DNA of 64,000 nt, from assembly GCA_965228855.1 (NCBI GenBank), contig CBDDIJ010000003.1, positions 2,432,001 through 2,496,000 on the forward strand. Direction: 5' to 3'. A model generated the notes under the pieces. That model saw nothing but the letters and a program-made list of their open reading frames with translations. It had not been told where the DNA came from and did no database searches. Shown here piece after piece: positions 1 through 10,459 of the stretch. This stretch comes from Candidatus Obscuribacterales bacterium. Its GTDB lineage: Bacteria > Cyanobacteriota > Vampirovibrionia > Obscuribacterales > Obscuribacteraceae. The position numbers and the translations under genes are program-made. Position 1 is the first letter of the stretch, and each line of letters starts with the position of its first letter.

Positions 1-1113
1 TTGAACGACGAAGATCGTTCACTCATCTGGCGGATAGTGTTGTTTCTCGTCTACCCCATCCTCAGCTTGATAGAGCTACGCAGCACTATCGTGGCGACAG
101 ATATGATGGGCGGGCACATAGGCGAATGGACATACGGGCTGATGTGGTATGAAGCCGTTCCCGCCGAGCTTCCGCAACAATTGATTATTCCTGCGGTTTT
201 CTGCGGCGAAGTCGCACAGGGAATTCTTGCCCTGTTTCTGATTTCGGCACTTTTCTTTCGCCCACATCCTTTTCTGGCTACATTAATCGGCTATTCCGTC
301 AGTTTTATTTTCGGTCTAAACCTTGTCGTAGAACCGCTTCTGGCACTCACAGGCTTAGCTGGTAACAAGTGGCAAATCGCCCTGACTCAGACAACCTGGG
401 AACAGCAACTGCCACTAATAGTGGTGCACGCAGGTTTGGCCGTGATCTTCTTAATCGCCGTCAGAAACAGCCGGGTACGAATGTGGTTCTCTGATCTCAC
501 TAGACCCGATGCGTCGGACCGCTTAAAAGCTGCCATCACCGACCACTCTTCAAATCCGGCATGCGCGCGCCTTACTTGCCGCCTCGGCTTGATGTACGAC
601 CGCGCCGGTTTAAGACGCCAGGCAAAGCGCCAGCTGAATAGCTTGAAACGCAACTATAGAGAATCTATTTATACGGCGTTTCTAGACGCTCTCATGTCAT
701 ACAAGCGTAGAAACTATGAATTGGCGCGCAAACAATTTCTACACGCCTCAAACTATGCAGAAATAGATGGCGAACTCAAAGCGAGTTTATTAGCGGCAAG
801 TTCATGCGCAGCGTTCGCATCCGGTGACACGCTCGGTGCTTTGAACCTGTCGGAACGCGCCCTTGAATTCGATGATGCCTCGATGGTGGCACGAATGGTC
901 AAGGTCGACGCATTCTTGAAACTCGGCAGAAAAGAGCAAGCCGCCGAAGAAATCCTGGTGGCAATGCACTCCGGCATGCCGCTGGATCTCGAAAACAAAG
1001 TCCCGCTGGACATGGACAAAGCTTTTGAATCGATAGTTCTCATTGAAGAAACTAAACGTGGTCGGCGTTTACTCGAAGCCATCGGAGGGGGCGAGCTGTC
1101 GACGCGAAGCTGA
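1..1113 (+). CDS. Membrane protein with C-terminal TPR-like repeats (probably 5'-truncated by the window edge)
   Basis: Several hydrophobic segments in the first ~155 aa, then TPR-like helices (e.g. ALNLSERALEFDDASMVARMVKVDAFLKLGRKEQA). Confidence 0.65.
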   Translation: MNDEDRSLIWRIVLFLVYPILSLIELRSTIVATDMMGGHIGEWTYGLMWYEAVPAELPQQLIIPAVFCGEVAQGILALFLISALFFRPHPFLATLIGYSVSFIFGLNLVVEPLLALTGLAGNKWQIALTQTTWEQQLPLIVVHAGLAVIFLIAVRNSRVRMWFSDLTRPDASDRLKAAITDHSSNPACARLTCRLGLMYDRAGLRRQAKRQLNSLKRNYRESIYTAFLDALMSYKRRNYELARKQFLHASNYAEIDGELKASLLAASSCAAFASGDTLGALNLSERALEFDDASMVARMVKVDAFLKLGRKEQAAEEILVAMHSGMPLDLENKVPLDMDKAFESIVLIEETKRGRRLLEAIGGGELSTRS

Positions 1114-1358
1114 AGACTCATCAATTAATAACGTCTTTTGCGGAATTAGTAAAAACTAACCTGGAATCGCTGGTGAAAACCAGATATACGACTATCGATA
1201 GAAATCAACAGGAATCCCGAAGTTAGACGGTCAATACGTAGGAACCCCATTTCAGACCAATAAATTTGCCAATTTTGCGCATTTTGCCCATTCTTTGAAA
1301 CGCACTTCTAGACATATAATGCTGGCAGCAAGCGCATAAACAGGTTCAAAGCAGCCAC

Positions 1359-4265
1359 ATGCTCAGCACGATAACCTCCAACTTGAATATCAGAACGCGG
1401 TTATTACTGCTGTGTTTTGGCGTCGCGCTCCCGCTCCTGGCGATCGGAAGCTTTTCGATCTGGAAGCAGTACGGTTCTTTAAAGGATGAAGCGCATCGAG
1501 CCACCTCCTTTCAAGCCGCTATCGCCGCGCGCACGTTGACCCAATGGACCCATTCTCAGATTAGAACGCTCGACGCACTCGCAAATCTGCCCGCCTTGCG
1601 CAAGCTGGATCTGAATGCGTCTAAACCGATTTTCGCCACCGCACTCCAGGCACAACCTGATTGGGAAGAACTCATCCTTGTTAAGCCTGACGGAAATGCG
1701 ATGCTTGCCCTCAGCGCTAAAAACATTGAGAAAAACGTCAACCATCCAGTATGTAATGATCCTGACGCTTTGAGTCAGGTATTGAAGTCGAAGAAAGCTC
1801 TCGTATCTAACTACTGTCATTCGCCCTGGACTGGCAAGCCGGCGTTGCTTGTGATGTCACCTATCATCGAAAAATCCCAGGTGAAGGCGGTATTGGTTGC
1901 AACAATCGAACCACAAGCGGCCTTCAAGATATTCCATGGTTTAACTAAGAACGGCGTCGTCATCACAGTCGTAGATGGCAACCGCAGAGTCGTGACCAGA
2001 ACCTTGCAGAACAATTACTGGCAAGGAAAAGATTTCTCGAGCTCAGTGACCGTAAAAGCAGCTTCCAAGGCTCGTTCCGGCAGTCTCGAAGCTGTCGGTA
2101 TCGCAGACCCGATTGCGCGTGCTTACGCGTTCGATCATGCGGAGAACGATTGGCTACTCATAGTCGGCGTTCCCAAATCAGAAATCTATGGAGCAGCACA
2201 CGATTGGCTTTATACGATGCTCACCATTGCATGCGTGGCGATCGGTATATCAGTTGTGCTCGCATATCTCGTCACATCGCAATTCACCAAAGTAATTCAT
2301 TGTCTGGTTCGCGAAGCACTCTCGATCGGTAAAGGCGATTTCTCTAAGCGAGTGAAGATCGAGACTCGCGACGAGTTTGGTCTGCTTGCCAGAGCCTTCA
2401 ACGAGATGGCAGAGATGCTGCTGTTCGACAAAGAACACAAAGCGATGGTTCAGAAAATTTCAGACTCCATCCGTGAGTCGCTGGACCTAGACGAAATCTT
2501 GAACACAACCGTCCGCGAACTCGGAAAACATCTGGAAGCAAGTCGCTGTTGCCTCGCGCTCTACGATAATCGAGGCACGAAGAACGTTCACGATGACGAA
2601 CTCGTATTCAATTATGTCTGGTGGAACAAGAAGTTGAACGGCAGCCCGCTGCAAAACCATTCCATCTTAATCACGGAAAATAGCGTTCTAAAAAATATCT
2701 TGCGCCAGGGAACGATCATGTCTCTGGATGTTCTCGACGAATCGCAGGCCATGCCGCTTTTCGAAGACGGTCAGACGGTAGCAGACGATTGGAAATCAGT
2801 GCGTTCTTTGATCGCTTGCCCGATCAGCACCAAAGATGGCCCGCTCGGTCTTATTCTGGTTCATCAATGTGATGACCTCCGAGTCTGGTCGGAGTCGGAA
2901 CTCGGGCTCGTACAGGCGATAGCCGGTCAGCTCACCATGGCTATGGAGCACGCGCGCCTGTTTGACAGAACCAAGCGCATGGCCGAGCAAGAAGTGCTCA
3001 TCAACCATATTGTGAAATCAGTGAGAAGCTCACTCGATCTCGACACCATTTTGAACACGGTCACTAGAGAATTGCTCGCAGCACTCGGTGTGGACCGCGT
3101 CCAGATCGCTCAACCGCGGTCGGAGAATCCACTCGTGATCACACACGAGTTCACCGTCGAAGGACTCGAGTCTTGCGTGAGCGCCACGCTCTATCCGGAC
3201 AACTTGGATTTCAATCCCAGAATGTCTTCGCGCATGCAAGGCACCAAGCGTAATACCGTTCTAGGAATCAATCTTGACGGTTTACTCGAGTCTGAAAGTG
3301 AAGATGATGAATCTGCACCTGTAAAACAGAATCAAACCATCGATCAATCAACAACAATTAGAGAAGCACCGATCGCGGTCATTAGTGATGTTGAACGCGA
3401 CAGCCGTTGCATCCCGTTCCAATCATTCGTAGACAAGGTTGGAGCAAAATCTCTGATAGCCGCGCCTCTTCTGCACGAGAGCAGATTGGTTGGACTCCTT
3501 ATCGTTCATCAATGTGCTGGAGCACGCGAGTGGCGACCAATTGATGTTCAGTTGGTTACAGCGATAGCAGACCAGCTCGCAATCGCAATCACGCACGCTC
3601 ATCTGTTCGCCCAGGTTCGCCACCAGGCAATCACCGACGGTCTCACAGGCCTGTTCAATCACGTTTACTTCAAGAACCGTTTGAAAGAAGAACTCAAACT
3701 GGCAGACAGAAAAGGCACGTCTTGCTCGCTTGTGATGATCGACCTCGACAAACTGAAATACATCAACGACAACTTCGGTCACCCGATTGGAGATGCCGCC
3801 ATAAGACAGGTTTCCTCCATTCTGAAAACCATCCTCCGAAGCGGCGACACAGCGGCCCGTTATGGTGGCGAAGAATTCGCAGTCATCCTGCCGGAAACAT
3901 CATTGCTGGAAGCTGCTCTAATTGCAGACCGGCTCTGTACGCAGATTCGCAACGCGCATGTGCCCGGACTCGGTCGCATAACTGCATCGCTTGGTGCGGC
4001 GACTTATCCCAAGCAGGCAATGTCAGCTGAAGAGCTCGTCGACAAAGCGGACCGGGCACTGTACAAATCGAAGCACAGCGGTCGCGATCAGGCGAATATT
4101 TTTGAACCGGAAGAAGGCGAAACAGACTTGCCGAGCCTCGATCACAACGTCGATGGATTCGAGCCCGCCAACACGATGGACATCGTCGTCGAATACATGA
4201 GTACTTCGAGACAACCTTCTGCGCTTCCCAAGCTCGATTTGCCCGGGGAAGATTTGAAGAAATAA
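1359..4265 (+). CDS. Membrane-bound diguanylate cyclase (Cache-like sensor, HAMP, 2x GAF, GGDEF)
   Basis: Two TM helices flanking an extracytoplasmic domain; HAMP (RDEFGLLARAFNEMA); two GAFs (LVHQCDDLRVW, IVHQCAGAREW); TDGLTGLFN, RSGD I-site and YGGEEF active site. Confidence 0.93.
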   Translation: MLSTITSNLNIRTRLLLLCFGVALPLLAIGSFSIWKQYGSLKDEAHRATSFQAAIAARTLTQWTHSQIRTLDALANLPALRKLDLNASKPIFATALQAQPDWEELILVKPDGNAMLALSAKNIEKNVNHPVCNDPDALSQVLKSKKALVSNYCHSPWTGKPALLVMSPIIEKSQVKAVLVATIEPQAAFKIFHGLTKNGVVITVVDGNRRVVTRTLQNNYWQGKDFSSSVTVKAASKARSGSLEAVGIADPIARAYAFDHAENDWLLIVGVPKSEIYGAAHDWLYTMLTIACVAIGISVVLAYLVTSQFTKVIHCLVREALSIGKGDFSKRVKIETRDEFGLLARAFNEMAEMLLFDKEHKAMVQKISDSIRESLDLDEILNTTVRELGKHLEASRCCLALYDNRGTKNVHDDELVFNYVWWNKKLNGSPLQNHSILITENSVLKNILRQGTIMSLDVLDESQAMPLFEDGQTVADDWKSVRSLIACPISTKDGPLGLILVHQCDDLRVWSESELGLVQAIAGQLTMAMEHARLFDRTKRMAEQEVLINHIVKSVRSSLDLDTILNTVTRELLAALGVDRVQIAQPRSENPLVITHEFTVEGLESCVSATLYPDNLDFNPRMSSRMQGTKRNTVLGINLDGLLESESEDDESAPVKQNQTIDQSTTIREAPIAVISDVERDSRCIPFQSFVDKVGAKSLIAAPLLHESRLVGLLIVHQCAGAREWRPIDVQLVTAIADQLAIAITHAHLFAQVRHQAITDGLTGLFNHVYFKNRLKEELKLADRKGTSCSLVMIDLDKLKYINDNFGHPIGDAAIRQVSSILKTILRSGDTAARYGGEEFAVILPETSLLEAALIADRLCTQIRNAHVPGLGRITASLGAATYPKQAMSAEELVDKADRALYKSKHSGRDQANIFEPEEGETDLPSLDHNVDGFEPANTMDIVVEYMSTSRQPSALPKLDLPGEDLKK

Positions 4266-4266
4266 C

Positions 4267-4956
4267 GTGAACAGACTGGTTCTTTTCGACATCGATGAGA
4301 CAATGATCTCCTCCGACGGAGCCGGCAGGCGGGCCATCGGTCGGGCGCTCTGCGACATCTTCGGTATCGATACAAGCAAGATGACATTGCGCATGTCAGG
4401 AAAAACCGATCCGCAAATTTTGTCTGAGATTTTGAAACTAGCAGACAAAATGGAAGAAGACTTCGAGCATTTAAAAGAAGAGATGTTCAGAGTCTACCTG
4501 ACCCTCTTGCAAGAAGAAATCAATAACGCCGGTTATTACATCGTTCATCCTGGCGTGTATGAAATCCTCGATGCGCTGCATGCTCATGAAACAGGCTATC
4601 TCGGATTGCTCACAGGAAACATCGAAGATGGTGCGCGGCTGAAACTAAACCGATTTGATTTAAACAAATACTTCCCACTCGGTGCCTACGGAAGTGATTC
4701 TGCCAATAGAAACGATCTGCCGCAGATTGCGACGGAACGGGCTCGCAAGCATTTCAACGTAGAGTTTAAACCGGAGCAGGTCGTGATCATAGGCGACAGC
4801 ATCTACGATGTTCTCTGCGCCAAAGGGTACGGAGCCAGGAGCATCGCGGTGAACACCGGGGCCACGCCCAAAGCCGACCTGGTAGAACAAAATCCTGACT
4901 TTCTGTTCGACAACCTTTCAGATACGAAAGCCGTTCTCGACGCCATCTTCGCCTGA
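4267..4956 (+). CDS. HAD-family hydrolase (phosphoglycolate phosphatase-like)
   Basis: Motif I LFDIDETM, motif II LLTGN, motif IV IIGDSIYD. Confidence 0.88.
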   Translation: MNRLVLFDIDETMISSDGAGRRAIGRALCDIFGIDTSKMTLRMSGKTDPQILSEILKLADKMEEDFEHLKEEMFRVYLTLLQEEINNAGYYIVHPGVYEILDALHAHETGYLGLLTGNIEDGARLKLNRFDLNKYFPLGAYGSDSANRNDLPQIATERARKHFNVEFKPEQVVIIGDSIYDVLCAKGYGARSIAVNTGATPKADLVEQNPDFLFDNLSDTKAVLDAIFA

Positions 4957-5017
4957 TTTAAACTTGAGCTTTTGTGGATGATAGAGAAGGAAATCTTCCT
5001 TCTTCGAGATTAACCAC

Positions 5018-7615
5018 ATGAAGTATGACGAACTCGTCGAAGCGCTGCCCCTGTGGCTGGACGCCATGTACGGCAATGCGCCGATTGACAAGGACGGGTG
5101 CGAAGAGTTCGTTGAAGCGGTCTATGCGGCGAACAATCTGAATAAACCACTGGTCGTCTGGTGCAAGAGTTTCTTTCAACTCACGGCAATAGTGCTCGGC
5201 TGGACCGCAGATAATGACTTTCTTCCGGTATACGAATGCGCGAAGAACGACGACCTGGATACTAAAAACATCTGGCGCCAGCTTGTCATCGACATAGAAG
5301 ATCAAGGTCTGAAAGAGAAATTTGCCGTACTAGCCGCGTCAAGATCCGGTTCAAGCAGCGCCACTTTCGAACCGGTAGATCTTCAAACTGTCATTGACTC
5401 CTATCTCAAAAGACGTGACGAGGAACTGCGCGACGATTTTGATTTTGATTACACTGATGTGCGCCCCTATTTCGACGAGCTTTTCCCGCGAGCGTCGAGG
5501 AAAGTCAACCTGCATGGTCTTACACATGCTCAAGCTATACGACAAGTGAGAGAAGACCTTCTGGCGACTGAAGAAACAAATTCGGGCGTCGGACTGACGG
5601 CGAGATGGTCTAAACCTGCAGCACCCTCCCAAACAGAAACTGATGCTGGCGATTTCGGCTCGTTCCTGACTCTGGCGGATTCGATAAAGAAGAAAATTCT
5701 TGATTTGAAGAGTGAAACCGATCCGACGATCTACATAGAGACCGAGATACTTCAACTGAGCGACTTACATTTACACGGACCTCAGCTTGCGTTTCTGAAC
5801 TTCATCAGAAGTTCATTAGCTGATCTGCAAAAGTATGGCTCCATCAAAAATGCTAGAAACATTCCATTTGGTTGTCTGCTTTTTCCTCAAGTTGCTCTGG
5901 TTTGCGAGCAGCCTGTCTCCTGGAGCGTTGACGACAAAGGCAGAGCATCTGATATCAATGACGGTGCCATCGCATTTGGGGATGGTTTCAAATATTTTCT
6001 GGTTAACGGCAGGGAAGTTAGTCCCAGTCTCATACGCATGCCACATCCGGTCACCCGCTCAGATCTCGAGAAAGAACCCGATGCGTTCTTCAAGCAGATT
6101 CTTTTCCAAAAGCTCGGTCTTGAGTGCTACTTGAAAGAAGGTGGCGTTCAAGTAGTGAGCCAGAGCGCTAATGGTCGCCTATACCGGGAAGAAGTAGCAG
6201 AGCAGGAACCGCTAGCTGTTTTAGAACTACTAGAAGACGGCATCAGCAGGTTTGTCGAAGTTTCGGCCGAATGCACCACAGTTTCAGATGCGCAAGCTTG
6301 GCTCAGTACGCACCAGACAACAAAAGTTCCAACCGATTCCCGCGATCAGATATTGAACTCCGTGATCGATAGATGGAAGTCTCGCGTACTGTCAACAGCG
6401 CCAGTGAACAGAGAGGACATTACGAGCGGCGTCAATGCCTTATACGAGTTTGCTGGTCTGCCGTCGCCTCGCATCGTCATCTGCCAATCGCCATGGCAAC
6501 TTACAATGATGCCCGCAGTGATAACAAAGTTGCCCGGTCGAAATCTGAAAGACCTTATTGAAATCGAACCAACATTTGAGAATCGATGGACGTCCCTGTA
6601 CAGCCAGATCGAAAAAGAATTCGAAATGCCGCTCAGTAAAATGGATGAGAGCTACTCAGACCACTCAATCGGCAAATTCGCCCCTGTTACACGAGGACTT
6701 CGTCCAACCTTCTTTCGTTTCGAATCCGTAGTAAAATCGGACTTGCCTTACTTACTGCCTGAGAAGATCTACCAGAGTTTGCTTCTCGACCAGCAGAGGT
6801 TCTTCGCATCTATTCTGCAAAACGTTCTGCACACCTATCAATTCGTAACGTTAGCCGATACCAGATTTGGTGACAAGGATTGTTTCGGAGAAATGCTGAG
6901 TAATTTGTCGTTCCGCTGGATGGCCAAAGAATTCTATTCACAACGAATGGAACCTTCCAGAATAGACAATCAGCACGTCAGCAACTTCATTTCAACACCA
7001 TTTGATGAGCAGGTCGTTGCTTATGATTTGTTGGGTAAAATTTCCAACGACCTTACCCCAAGAGATTTTGCCAGTCTTGACCGTTGGCTGCGGATTGTCG
7101 AGGCAGCACCTAACTATATGTTTTTTGAAAGAACATGTTTTGTTTGCGATCGTCCGACGCAACTTCGACTCGATGACAATCTGCGACTCCACAACGAGGA
7201 TGGACCGGCATTCGCATTCGCAGATGGCGCCGCAGGTTTCGCTTACCACGGCGTCGGCGTCCCGGCCAACGTCATTACCCACAAGGATGACATAACGGTA
7301 GAGGCGATAAAAAACGAGCAAAATATAGAACACAGAACGGTCATGATGTCGCTGTATGGTGAAAGCAGATTTCTTCTCGATTCCGGAGCCGATCTGATTG
7401 ATGAGGATGAATGCGGCACTCTTTACAGAGCGCATCTCTCAGATGATGAGCCCCTGGTGATGGTCCGAGTCAAAGATCCAACGCCTTCAAAGCACGGCAC
7501 TATGGGAACTTATTATCTGCGCGTGCCACCACATATGGAGACAGCGAAGCAAGCGGTCGCATGGACATTTGGATTTGAAAGTCCATGTGACTACGCCCCC
7601 GAGATTGAGACGTAG
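5018..7615 (+). CDS. DUF6745-like protein with two tandem homologous units
   Basis: LHNEDGPAFAFADG..FAYHGV and C-terminal YYLRVPP..TAKQAVAWTFG; the N-terminal half is a degenerate copy of the same unit. Confidence 0.7.
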   Translation: MKYDELVEALPLWLDAMYGNAPIDKDGCEEFVEAVYAANNLNKPLVVWCKSFFQLTAIVLGWTADNDFLPVYECAKNDDLDTKNIWRQLVIDIEDQGLKEKFAVLAASRSGSSSATFEPVDLQTVIDSYLKRRDEELRDDFDFDYTDVRPYFDELFPRASRKVNLHGLTHAQAIRQVREDLLATEETNSGVGLTARWSKPAAPSQTETDAGDFGSFLTLADSIKKKILDLKSETDPTIYIETEILQLSDLHLHGPQLAFLNFIRSSLADLQKYGSIKNARNIPFGCLLFPQVALVCEQPVSWSVDDKGRASDINDGAIAFGDGFKYFLVNGREVSPSLIRMPHPVTRSDLEKEPDAFFKQILFQKLGLECYLKEGGVQVVSQSANGRLYREEVAEQEPLAVLELLEDGISRFVEVSAECTTVSDAQAWLSTHQTTKVPTDSRDQILNSVIDRWKSRVLSTAPVNREDITSGVNALYEFAGLPSPRIVICQSPWQLTMMPAVITKLPGRNLKDLIEIEPTFENRWTSLYSQIEKEFEMPLSKMDESYSDHSIGKFAPVTRGLRPTFFRFESVVKSDLPYLLPEKIYQSLLLDQQRFFASILQNVLHTYQFVTLADTRFGDKDCFGEMLSNLSFRWMAKEFYSQRMEPSRIDNQHVSNFISTPFDEQVVAYDLLGKISNDLTPRDFASLDRWLRIVEAAPNYMFFERTCFVCDRPTQLRLDDNLRLHNEDGPAFAFADGAAGFAYHGVGVPANVITHKDDITVEAIKNEQNIEHRTVMMSLYGESRFLLDSGADLIDEDECGTLYRAHLSDDEPLVMVRVKDPTPSKHGTMGTYYLRVPPHMETAKQAVAWTFGFESPCDYAPEIET

Positions 7616-8048
7616 AACGTTTCACGAAGGACCTGGTAGTGCGAGTGAAACCGATAGACGGCAAACCATGGCAGAGACGTTCATATAAACGATCACAGGA
7701 CGATCAAGAGTTTTAAAATCACTAGTAATTCGGATACACATTCAAAACTTGGGAACGCCTGAAATTCCGCGAAGTTTCCAAGGGACACCTCACATCCGTT
7801 TCATCCCCCGAAAGTCCGAATGGTTGGGCATTTAGCTGGGCCGACACGCCTCTTCGCTTGACAATAAAATGAGCGAATGTTCATGGAACATGTTGGGACC
7901 ACCCGCGTCTTTGGGTTTGTGAGTGATGCATCCCGAACATGATCACTGACACGACGAAAGGTTAACGAAAAAGGCAAAGCTGAATCTCCCCCTCCAGCTG
8001 CGCCCCAAGGAAGGATTTCTTCCCGCGTCCGACACGCGAACGTGCCAC

Positions 8049-8097
8049 CTAGAACGCCCTAAGCACTACTAATGGTGCCAGGGGCGTTCTAGTTTTT
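8049..8097 (+). terminator. Rho-independent terminator-like hairpin
   Basis: CTAGAACGCCC (8049-8059) / GGGCGTTCTAG (8082-8092), inner GCAC/GTGC, followed by TTTTT. Confidence 0.7.
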
Positions 8098-8178
8098 GGC
8101 GTGTTATATTGAACTCATCAGCGTTTCCGTAATTCAAGGTGCCTCGTCGAGATGTTGATGGAGAGAATAGAAAAAGCC

Positions 8179-8568
8179 ATGAACCGTAGAAAGACCTTCG
8201 CAATAATGCTCGCGGTATTCGCTTTACTGAGTTCGGGAGCCTATGCAGCAGACAAGAAAAAAGATTCGGAAAAAAAACCATCCAAGGAAATTACGCTGAA
8301 AGAATTTAAGTCATTAAAAGCAGGCTCGCCTGTCTCCGAATTATTTGACCGTTTTGGCCAACCGGAAAAGGACATCGGCAGCGGCATTCACATCTATCAA
8401 TACAGATTGTCAGACGATTCGCTAATTCAAGTCGGCTGTGTCGAAAACATTTTCTATGTGGATCATGTGGTGGGAAACAAACGCGAGCGCCTCTCAGGAA
8501 AAACCGCTGAGCAGGTAGAAAACGAAGGGAAAGACAGAGCCCAAAAACCGGCTGCGAAGAAAGACTAG
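8179..8568 (+). CDS. Small secreted protein (possibly BamE/SmpA-like fold)
   Basis: Signal peptide MNRRKTFAIMLAVFALLSSGAYA; LKAGSPVSELFDRFGQP...IYQY pattern; ATG 8179 preferred over 8152. Confidence 0.6.
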   Translation: MNRRKTFAIMLAVFALLSSGAYAADKKKDSEKKPSKEITLKEFKSLKAGSPVSELFDRFGQPEKDIGSGIHIYQYRLSDDSLIQVGCVENIFYVDHVVGNKRERLSGKTAEQVENEGKDRAQKPAAKKD

Positions 8569-8598
8569 ACATTCAAAAAAGTCTCAGTCAGCAAGCAT

Positions 8599-9699
8599 CT
8601 AAAAGAATTCGACAGAGTAATTCTTGCGAGTCGCAACGGAGCGGTAAAGTCCATCTGGCACGCCATCAGGTTTTTCACTAAAGAAATCAGTCGCGATTTG
8701 AACAATTTCACCTGGAGAAAATTGACGAACTCCATTGTGTACTTTCAACGACTCATGAGATTCGCTCACGCCAAGCGGATCATCAATGAGAAACGGAGGG
8801 ATGTCCTTTCCGATAGCTTCAATGAAAGCACCGGTGTGTAAAACTCGAGTCATGAGTCCGGGCTTCAAAACTATGTTGGGCTGCGGGTCCGTAATACCCA
8901 ACTCAAGAAGCGGTTCCAAACTAGACATTTTGAATTTGACCTTATCGAAATTGAGGTCATCCATGCGCTTGAGCAGTGCGAGACCGTCGAAGAAGGCCTC
9001 ACGAGTGTTCCAAGCCCACTCAAATACTTCTAGTGTGCGATTGACGCGATCTTTGATGTTCCAGAGAATGTAACCGTCGTCATGCTTGAACCCACATACT
9101 AATCGCTCCGGATGGCTCAGCAAGCGCCGCCACTGAAGGTCTCCGCGCTTGATACTGAGATTGCTTTGCTTGATCCAGTTTTCGTGAATCGGTTTCAAAG
9201 GATCATAATGATCGAGATGGTGACGCTTATATCTTGTGGCATCGCCGGTATCCGGCAGCGCGCGCAAATCTATCTCGACATGGTACTGCATATCCGTTAC
9301 TTCATAACCCATGCGCTGGTAAAACGGATAGGAGAACGGCCAGAGCGCAGTCAACGGAACGCGCTTACGATGCGACTCTTGCAAACACGCCTTCAGACAT
9401 CGTCGAATCAAACTCCTGCGCCTGTGCGCGGGATCCGCAGCCACAGCCGACACCCCCGCACAGGGAACAAGCTGCTCGCCCAGCCACATTTGAAAGTTTG
9501 CTATCCCAACGACTGCCACCAGATAATCATCGGTGTAGGCACCCATGGCTGTGTCGAGGAATGAGTCATAAAACGTCGTCCACCGGTCGCGGTCCATAAA
9601 GCCGAAGGACAGGGACCAGATATCAATCGCCCGAGAGAGATCACTGGGCTCCACCGGTTTGACAACATATTCGCCTGTTACTGCTTTTGTAGTGGTCAT
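8599..9699 (-). CDS. Eis-like GNAT acetyltransferase
   Basis: GVSAVAADPAHRRRSL acetyl-CoA motif and ALWPFSYPFYQRMGYE typical of the Eis family; start 9699 chosen for the upstream GAGG. Confidence 0.8.
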   Translation of the reverse strand: MTTTKAVTGEYVVKPVEPSDLSRAIDIWSLSFGFMDRDRWTTFYDSFLDTAMGAYTDDYLVAVVGIANFQMWLGEQLVPCAGVSAVAADPAHRRRSLIRRCLKACLQESHRKRVPLTALWPFSYPFYQRMGYEVTDMQYHVEIDLRALPDTGDATRYKRHHLDHYDPLKPIHENWIKQSNLSIKRGDLQWRRLLSHPERLVCGFKHDDGYILWNIKDRVNRTLEVFEWAWNTREAFFDGLALLKRMDDLNFDKVKFKMSSLEPLLELGITDPQPNIVLKPGLMTRVLHTGAFIEAIGKDIPPFLIDDPLGVSESHESLKVHNGVRQFSPGEIVQIATDFFSEKPDGVPDGLYRSVATRKNYSVEFF

Positions 9700-9877
9700 C
9701 TGAGAACGGTCCTCAGAAACTTCGGTCAGGAAGGGATACACAATATCTAGTCAAGGAGTCCATTTTATACCACTCAATCTATATAATTTATCGATGCAAC
9801 TTTATGAATCAAACAGGAGCTTTCGCTCGGTTTGTCTGCATAACTGGTAAGGGACAGCAAGTCCCAAGGAGTTCCGG

Positions 9878-10459
9878 GTGACTGAGCAAAGACGATTCCG
9901 TGGCAATCAAAGACGAGTCACAGCCTATATAGGGCTGGGTTCAAATGAGGGCGACAGAGTCGGCTACATCCAGCAAGCCGTGCAATTGCTCAAGGACATC
10001 GGCAAAATCAAGGTTCTTGAGTGCTCCAGCCTATACGAGACAGAGCCAATCGGCGACGAGTACACCGATTGGTTCGTGAATGCCGTGCTGGTAGTGGAGA
10101 CGGAACTCACATGCGAAGAATTGCTCGATGTGCTCAAAGACATCGAAAGCCGTCTCGAACAGATGAATAAAGCCAACGAACCGAAAGGTTACCGCCCGGA
10201 AAAACGAAACGGGCGAGTACGATTCATTGACCTCGACATCCTCTTCTTCGGCAACGAGGTGCTCGAAACCTCATACTTACACATTCCGCATCCACGTGTT
10301 CATAGACGAGCATTTGCCCTGGTTCCACTTCTGGAAATAGCACCGGATTTGGTGCACCCCTCTTTAAATAAAACAGTTGCGACTCTCCATGAGGAGCTCC
10401 CAGAGCCGGAACAAGTATTCCTCTACGGTACACGCAGACCGGATGAATGTCATGGATGA
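9878..10459 (+). CDS. folK: 2-amino-4-hydroxy-6-hydroxymethyldihydropteridine diphosphokinase
   Basis: AYIGLGSN, SSLYETEP, FVNAV, RFIDLDIL, IPHPR..RAF.LVPL motifs. Confidence 0.95.
   Translation: MTEQRRFRGNQRRVTAYIGLGSNEGDRVGYIQQAVQLLKDIGKIKVLECSSLYETEPIGDEYTDWFVNAVLVVETELTCEELLDVLKDIESRLEQMNKANEPKGYRPEKRNGRVRFIDLDILFFGNEVLETSYLHIPHPRVHRRAFALVPLLEIAPDLVHPSLNKTVATLHEELPEPEQVFLYGTRRPDECHG

Noticed and set aside
7805..8060. RNase P RNA-like words (GAAAGTCCG, GTGCCAC)
   Set aside because: Spacing is wrong, and the GAGGAAAGUCC context and 3' ACAGAA.CCGGCUUA element are absent
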